From positions 1 to 64,000 of the IMG/VR virus record IMGVR_UViG_3300042402_004854: DNA of 64,000 nt; one strand, given 5' to 3'. Below are positions 44,301-53,300 of this stretch, in pieces. Source of the DNA: a virus. Lineage: Duplodnaviria; Heunggongvirae; Uroviricota; Caudoviricetes. How positions within the stretch are numbered: the stretch's first letter is position 1; each line of letters begins with the position of its first letter. The translations under genes were made by a program, and so were the position numbers. The notes beneath the pieces are model-generated. The model was not told where the DNA came from, did not search any database, and saw only the letters and a list, made by a program, of their open reading frames with translations.

Positions 44301-47300
44301 ATTGATAATAACCACACTGTCAACATGGAGAGTGTAATTGTTATACCACTGACTCCAAGGCCAAGCAGTCCAAATTGGGTCATTTGATTCTGTATCACTA
44401 TTGATATTGCCGGGCTGGGCTGTTGCGTGAGTGTAAGGCAGCAGCACCGGGCTGGTAAATTGCGGCACTTCTAGATTGTTGTTCCAATATGCTGGCAAAT
44501 CAAAGTCAGTTAGGTCTCCAGCAAATGGATCAGTACCGTTGTAAGTTAAATTAAATTCACGCACCTGTACATGATAAGGTTTTACTTCTTGAATATAATC
44601 AGTCACAAACTCCTGATTGTCTTGAACATAGTTTGGAAAGGGCAATAATGCTCGTATTCTATGATCAACATCAATTAAACTGGTCTTGATTAGCCATTCA
44701 GGTGCTTGAAATTCACTTAAAATAAAGTCAAACATTAAAATCAAGTTTTTGTTTCTTTCAAGCAACAAATCTTCAATGAAAAGCTGTTGATTTATGGCCT
44801 GAAGAATTTTTCGTGTTTCAATAACAGGTTCTTCATCAAAATATTGTGCATCAAAGACTTCAATATCAAATCCAAAACGTCCAAGTGCATAATCGTATAT
44901 TACTGCTGCAATTGCAATGGTACCATCTTGTAAACCAACTCTATCCCAGCTCACCACAGTTCTAATATATATTTCCCATTTGCCGTCACTGTTTGCTGTG
45001 ACTTTGACGCTGCTTCCAATTGGGGCTTCAGCCAATGTTAGAGATGAAAGATTTGCATACAGTGGAACTTCAGCAATAATTTGTGTGCTAGAATTATAAC
45101 CAACTTGATACCAATTGATGTAGTTCCAATAATCTTGTGTGACATAATTTTGAACTCGTGTCAGCACAAGTTCTCTTATTGAAGGGTTTGCTTGACTGGT
45201 TGTTACCGTGTATATTGTCCAACGACCATTGTTGTCACTGTCGGAGTCAACAAGATATTTGTATCCAATTGGCACAGTGTAGATATTTTGATATCCAAGT
45301 ACATCCAAATTAGTTACTTGAAAATTCCATGCACCCGAGCCAGCCGCTGGTATTGGTTCACTACTGTTTAGCAACTCAAAACTTCTGGTTTCGCTAACAG
45401 GATATTGTGCAAGAATTCTATTGGTTCTTAGAATATAGTTTTTCAATGCAAGATATCTGTCAGCAAACATGCTTTGACGTGGACGGAATTGAACACCGTA
45501 ACGTTGACTCACAGGCAAATTTGGATCTGGTACTAGATTACCGGCTGCATCTACACCGCAAAAAGAGTCAAGAAATTTTCTGTAAAGTGTTGAACTTAGG
45601 AAAGCATCATCTCGCCCTTGAGCTATCAATTCATACTCTGTGTGTACGTTTGCATCAGTCAACTGCTGATCAAATTCAATGCTTATGATAGTATCTTGTG
45701 CTTCTATATATTGTAAACCATTGTAAATTGCAATGGTGCTGCTGTTTACTGGAGCCACATATGATATGCCGCTGCTGCGCGGATTTGAAATATATTGTGC
45801 TACGGAACTTGCACTCAATGTTTTACCAAGCAAGGTACTAGTAGTGGTGATGTTTTTTACCCAAAAATAGTAAGTTGTGGCAAAAATTCCTTCTCCAGTC
45901 AAACTGGTATTAATTGTGTAATTGTTTACATTGGCCACAGTCCCAGTTCCAGTGTAGTTTGCTGGAGGTACCGAGCTGGCTACCCATTGATAGATGTCTA
46001 CACTTGATCCTGGGAAAATTTGCCCCCATCGACGACTTGCATACACAATATCATCTTGATTGGGATCAATAAAACGCACAGTCCCTATGTCCCACCATAT
46101 CTCACCAACATGGTCAGGCCCCCAAGGCATATTGGTATTGTTTAGTGGGCCAACGTTGTATCCAGCAGGATCTATGGCGCCAATGTAATCAATATTTTCT
46201 TGTGCAGCGCCCAACACTTTGCCTTGAAGTGGGTCAAAGAAATCAAAATATTCAGTATTTGCTCCAGTAACTCGATCATACATGAATACTGAATTTAATA
46301 ATCGAATATCAACCACTGGTTGTTGCAAACGACTCACGGTCCATGCGGGACTTTCTGTTGCATTGTCAAACAAAAACACAGCACCAAATGCTGCTGCGCT
46401 GTCGCCAGCGTCATTGCCTGGAGCACCCACTGCCAACAACCCAGATTTATAATCAACTGCAATACCAAAAGTATCAAGTGGTTGCACTTGGTTATTGCCA
46501 ATTTGTTGACCAAATATGTATTTGCCATTGCTGGTAATGTCGGCAACATCTGCATCTGGTAAAAAATCATAAGTGTAAACTACACCACTTTGAATTTTAA
46601 GAGAATAAAATTCTGTACCGTTTCCATCAAATGTTGTGGTTGGTTCTTGCAGTATTTCATCATAGTCAAACGTTGTTGGCAGCAACAAAGTGCCTTCAGG
46701 TGCTCCCACAACCAAGGCAGTGCCAGTGGCATCTGCACTCAAGCTATATCCAAACGCAGCAAAATCATTGGCTGTTGGACTGAAAATAGTTTGAGTGTAT
46801 ACGAATACATCAAACCCTAAATCATCCCAAGCTGTGCCAATTGCTCCTGGTGCAATCTGAAGTTTATTACGTAGTGGCACAGCATCAACATTTTTTATGG
46901 CAATGGTTAGCAGGCCGTTGGCGCTGGACGTTGCTGTTACATTAGGAACTTCTGCTGATATTGCCGCTGCCAGTCCAGCCACAGTGCCAGCTGCTGGTAC
47001 AGCAACTTCTTGATAGTTTATTTGAATTGTATCACCCGCCGTCAGCGCCGGAAGAATGTTTTTACTGGTGATTGTTCCAAATATTTGTGGTTGGCTTAGA
47101 TTGCGCTGAACTGCCCCACCTTTCCAAGATTGCTCACTGCTTTGAGGAGCACCAATATATAGGCTACTGCCATTGTTGACAATATCTACCGACTGACCAA
47201 AATTTGTAAATTCCGTTGGATTATCAACAGTTGTTCCAGAAGAATCATACGACTGTTGAATTATTTCTTGTACCAGCGTAAATTGATTGGTGTCAATATC

Positions 47301-50300
47301 AATTATATCACCAACGTTGAGATCTGTCAGAATGGTCACAGTATTTCCAAGCACTGTGAAACTGTTGGGTTGATTAATCACCCCGTATTGCTCGTTTATT
47401 AACGGAATGTTATTGACTGAGACTGCAACTGGTTCAGTCAATGTGCCATTGATTGTGAATGTCACTGAACTGGTATCTTGCCCGTAAATAAAACGTTGAA
47501 CATTACGATTGTACACATAACTTTTGCCAGCTTCAACCAATCCATCCACAGTTTCATTTTTTGAACCAATTATAACTTGCCGGCCATCTGCTGTACAACT
47601 TAGACTGTGTCCAAATCTTGCATTATTTGCAAGACCCTGTGGTTGGATAGTGTCAACCAATTTGAAATAACTCTCTGCTCTTGCTACTATTTTTGCACCT
47701 TGTGCAGGAGAATTATAGAATTTAAGATCGTTTAAATCAAGGCTACTGTAATCTCCTTGATATTCATAATCAATGTTGGGACGTTGTATTATACCGTCAA
47801 CCAATATGGTAAACGAATACACATTATCAGCACTGAAAAGATATGGCCAAAGCTCAAACTCTGAAGCCAATGTTGTTGGAGGAGTGTAGCTGGTAACTGA
47901 CACCGCAGTTATTGCTCCGCCAGTGCCAATGTTGACTACTGTGATTACCAGGTCCGATGATCCTGCCCCGCCACCATCAAAGTCATTCTTGCTAATAGTC
48001 AGTGTGTTTCCAACAATATAACCATTGCCGCCATTGGAGACGCTGACTCCGCCAAATGTTGCGCCAGGTTGACCAACCTCACCACGTTGGCGTATCACTG
48101 TGAATTCTGCACCCGAGCCCGACCCGCCAGTGGCTGAAACATTTAGATAGACTCCATAGTCTAATTGTTTTTCAAAGTTTCTTAATACAGTGACCAATTT
48201 GCCACTGAGTGGCGGAATCGTAAACACCACAGTGCCAAAATCAACTGAGACTGTGTAATCTGTGCCTAACACCAATGCTGTATTGTCAACAGTTATACTA
48301 AGTTGATTTGCATTGTTTATTTGTATAGATGCCCCAATATACACTGAACTTGTTGTTCCATCAGCAGTGTATCTTAAAAATTGATTGGTTACTGGAACTT
48401 TTCCGTATGCATACACTTGGTTAAAACCTGGTGCGCTGGCATAAAACCAATTTTCATCTTGACTCATTGTTACTGCATATCCAAATTCTCCTGCGTTGGT
48501 ATTGTTTGGATATTCAGGCGATGTAAGCAATTGCCAAAATTTATAGGGGTTTTGACCCAATCCAGTGCTGGCAAAATCTTGATATATCACAGTGACATAT
48601 CCGTTGTCGGCTTCGCCATTTGGTCCTAGACTCTGACTGGCTCCTGCAACTGCCCAATCTCTAAAACCAGCACTTAAAGAATTGCCAAGACCTTTGACAC
48701 CAGTGGTGTCTAAACTCATTATTGTGTCAGAATTTTCTGCAATAGTGACCGGGGTATATTGACTGCTTGTACCCTTGAAATACACATAGATGCCGCCCTT
48801 TTGATTGTTGCCAATGGCAAAACCATATCGCGGACTGCCAACAAACAACGAATTTTTATTGAGTGTCTGTGCAATGCTGGCACCATATTGCTCGGTTGCA
48901 TCCAACCATTTTGGGCGCAACAAATATTGTGGATCTCTAAATACAAATGGGTCTTGTTTTTCTAAAACTTCCCAGAGCCCTGCACCGTTGTCGTCAACCC
49001 AGACCTTGGCACCTGGAAGAATTTTTTTGGCAAATGGTAAATTGATGATGTCGCTGGCTTGCGCTACTCTTTGGGTTTGCAAGGTAAATCCAACACCAAC
49101 TCCGGTTATTACTGTTTGACCGCCTGTCAAAACCAGTGCTACTGAGACTTCAGTTAATGTTGGCACAGATAATACAGTATAGACTCCATCAACTCTGTTA
49201 TCAAAAAATCTAATTACCAAAGTATCGCCAGTAGTTAATCCGTGTTGATCGCTGAAAATAACTCGACAAGTTGAATTTAAATTGTCGCAAACATGTTCGA
49301 TTCTTCCAGGAACATTTTCAATACGATAAACATTCCAGTCGTAACTGTTAATTTTGGCAACCCAAACTGATGCACCAACATTGATTTTGTTGATGCTTGC
49401 TCTCAAATCGTTTAAATCGTCAATGCTAAACACCGTGATGTCAACATCATCAACATTGACATAGCCTGCAGTTGGCAAAGAAATATCTGTAGGTAATGTC
49501 AATGTTGTTGGTAATATATCAGGAGTGGTTAGTTTAAAGCTACTCTTCCAAACATCCGGCAACAAAATACTTTGATCGGCCAGACTGGTTTCATCAGGAT
49601 TAATAACTTGAACCAAACAAGGGTCGCTGGTTAGTAATCCTTTGTTTAGGCGCAGGTCAAAATAACTTCTATTGGCATTGGCACCATAGGTGGCACGCAA
49701 AATTGCCCAGTTTTCATATATTGAATAGTCAGCCGTTTCTTTACCAAAGTCAGCAGGTGCCAGTAATTGTACGCTGCCAAGTGTGCCTTTGGTGCCAGTA
49801 AATTGTTTGTACAAGTTGACCTGACTCACGTCGTCAAGATTTAATGCTGCAAAATAAGTTCTTGGTCGAAAACCAATCAATCCATAGCTTAATAAATCAT
49901 TGTCTACTTCTAAATTGGCAACATTTACATTGTAGCTGTTGGCTAACTGGTCAGCCTTGTTAGCAATGTTTGGCAACAGCCCGCGTTGAATCAGCGTGTA
50001 ATCACTTTGTGTCCAATCAGCGTAATTGAATGTTGCACTTGGTTGTATAATAGTCAATGCACTCCAATAAACATTTTTATACTTGACCAATTCTCCTTTG
50101 GTGTATTTTTTAACAGGATCCCATGCAGATACAGTATCCTGATTTAAAATAAATCCCTTGGCATCAACTGTGCCGTTCCATTCTGATGACACGCTTCCTA
50201 TCAATAGCAGCCTGCTTTGTCTTGCTCCAGTGGTGGGGTCAAGAACCAAATCACCAAAAACGCTAGCATTGTTAAACACTATGATGTGTTCGTAACTGGT

Positions 50301-53300
50301 GTAGCGCAAATCTGCATAACTCAAACTCTGATCATTCAATGGTTGTAATGTCAAGGTGTTGTCTAATCTAACAATGTTAATATTCCGTGTTGCAAATTCG
50401 TTTTTGTTTTGATCCAGCAACAATTTTTCTTGAGTTTGTGTATTAATGTTATCTACTACTGCTTGTTCTTTGGTAATTTCTAAACCAGAGGCCAAGGGAT
50501 TTAAATTAATTAGACTACCAACACCCCAACCTTGATTGCTCCAGTATAAAAATTCATCTACCATTTGCGGCCAATCTAGGATGTAGCCATTTTCATAATC
50601 TTTAAATTCAAATCCAAGAGTATCTAGATATCTACCGTAACTCAACAAAAAATCAGAAACTTGAGCAGTAGTATTAAATGTGTAACCATAAGGGATCTGA
50701 ATTATTGTATCAGTGTATGATGTTGGCACTGACACAGTGACTCCCCCACTGAAAAATGTTCTGAATGTGCCCACAGGAACACTTTGATACGCATTAAAGA
50801 ATGGCTGTGTATTGCTGTATCCATACACGCTGTATCCAGTGGGCTCGCGTTTTATAATAACACTACTGTAAACACTGCGATCAAACGGTTGATTTTTATA
50901 AACAAACAAATCGTAGGTGTCATCTGGCAGTAGCAAACTTGTGTTTGTTGTTGTAGGGCTGGATTTTTCTGTGTAAATTTTTAAATACTGTTTGTCACTG
51001 AATCCCCCAAGTCTATAACAGAGTCTGACATCAATATTTTTCAAAGACAATTCAAGATCAGCAGTGCTGTTGACTCCGAGCACACGATTGTAGTCAATTA
51101 TCCAATCTATGTAGCTGGCTTTGCTTACTCCATCACCGTAGACTTGGACGCCGTTGGCATCAAGACGATAACGATCATTGTACAAGTATTGGTCAAACGC
51201 TGTGTTATAACGATACAAGTCTCGGTCAGCAAACAAAGAGAAAAACTTTGCTGGACGAGTCAATGCCAGCAGTCTCATGACTGCAAAAGGATAGTCACTG
51301 GAATTCCACCAAGATGCTTCAACCGGTCCTCCATCGCCAACTGCCCAACTCTGTCTAAACTTGTTGTTCTGATACCCACTCATTACTGTTTGAAATGGGG
51401 GCAACAGTTCGCCATTGGAATTCACTGGCAAAACTTTTAACAATTCGGGTCTAATGTAATTTGGATCTACATAAGAACCGTCAGGGTCGCGGATGATACC
51501 AGCTGCTAGATCATCCCATAAAACAGTGTTGTCTGAAGTATACGGCGCTGGACCGTAGGTAATTTCCCACCAGGTTGGTTTTTGTGTTAGACCCAGCATC
51601 TCCCAAGGTGACAATTCAGGTTGTTGAGTATCATAAAAATATCGATAAATGCCACGCCACGCGCCCAATAAGTTTTGATTGTCTAACTTGTTTTGTGCAT
51701 TGCTGTAATTGTAAGAAAATTCATTCGCGGCATTGTATTGTTGAGTGGTGTAGTCAAGTTTGTTCCAACTCACATAACTTAAAAAACTTTCTCCTAAAAT
51801 GCCATTTATGGTTTGATATGTGTATCCAGTGTTTCTAAATTGTCCAGGAATAACATCCACTGCTGTGAGTGGCACTGGGTTGTTGTCCAGTTTTAAATTA
51901 CTAAAAACTCTTGTTTCAAATTCCAACAGCACTTGATCTCGAACATCTCCAAACACTGGTGTTTGACTGCCATCGTGTCCTCGAATCATTTCTTGGGTAC
52001 CAGTTGTGGTTTTAACAGTTATGATTTCTGGTTTCCAGGCAGGATATAATCCCAATTTGGTTGGGGTGTTTGGAACAAAATTTCCATAGGTAGCTGAAAA
52101 TTCTTGCAGCAATAGTACATCATCTAATGATAAATCTACCAACAAAGTTATACGTGGGCCATCAGTTGCCACAGTGTAATCATATCCACGAATCAACAAT
52201 TGATTGTTTAGATAAACGTTCATGCCTAAGAAATTTGCACTGCTGTAATTGTAAACTTGCAAAGTATCAAATACTGTGGTTGTGGTGTTGCTGATCACGT
52301 AAGTTGTATTTGTTACGGTACTACCAGCTGGAATCATGTCACTCCAGTAAAAAGGACTTTGTTCTATTTTCCCGTAAATTACTTCGGCCAATGCACCGTC
52401 AAGAATCTGCCCTGGTGTTTCAAAATTCAAAGTCAGTGAATTTACTGCATTGAGCAATTGATTTTTAAATTTTGCATATTCCTGACTGGCAAATTGCAAT
52501 GAATTAAAAATGTTGTATTTTTCACTGCGTAAAAAATATCCGGCCAAGGTCAGTGGGGCACTTTGTTGAAGTATTGTTAGTCCATAACGAACTATATTTC
52601 CAAGATCTCTAGTGTTGTTGGCACCATTTATTATGCCAGAAAAGTTATTTAAATTCTGACAAATCGATTCATAGTGTGTGCGAATAGTTCCCAAGGTAAA
52701 CCCTGAGCTGTTGTTGTTAAAAGGATTGTCCTCTAGGTTAATTGGAATTTGATAAAAGCCAGATTTACTGACTTGACCGGTTATGACCTCAACAATTATG
52801 TTGCTATCAATCACTGGTTCAATCAAAAATCTAATTTGTGTTGAGTCAGTGCCAATTGTAACCACGTATGTTGAAGGATCTTGAAAAACATTTTCAATAA
52901 AAACTTTGACTGCAGGTATAGATGTTTCTTGCGAGGCAGCAACATCTAAAACCAATGGTATTCCTTGATAAGTGAATTCTAGTTGCTGTGGGGAAAAACT
53001 GTTAATGATACCAGTTTGCCATCCCAATAATGGAGTATAGGATGTTCTATTGCTGTATTCCCTTGGAGTCCCAGTACTGATGTTTACTACAGAACTGGTG
53101 TTGCCGGTCACATAGACAAACGTATCGTTGTAAAGATTGTTGGTAAAAACAATATCACCAATACTACCAAGTGCGCTGTATTCAAGTTGGAACCCAAGAA
53201 CGCTGTCAACTGTGCCAACACCAGGCGCATAACTGAACAGTTTTGATCCAACAAAAGTCGAACTGGGGTACTTGACTCTATTTGACAAACTTATACCGGT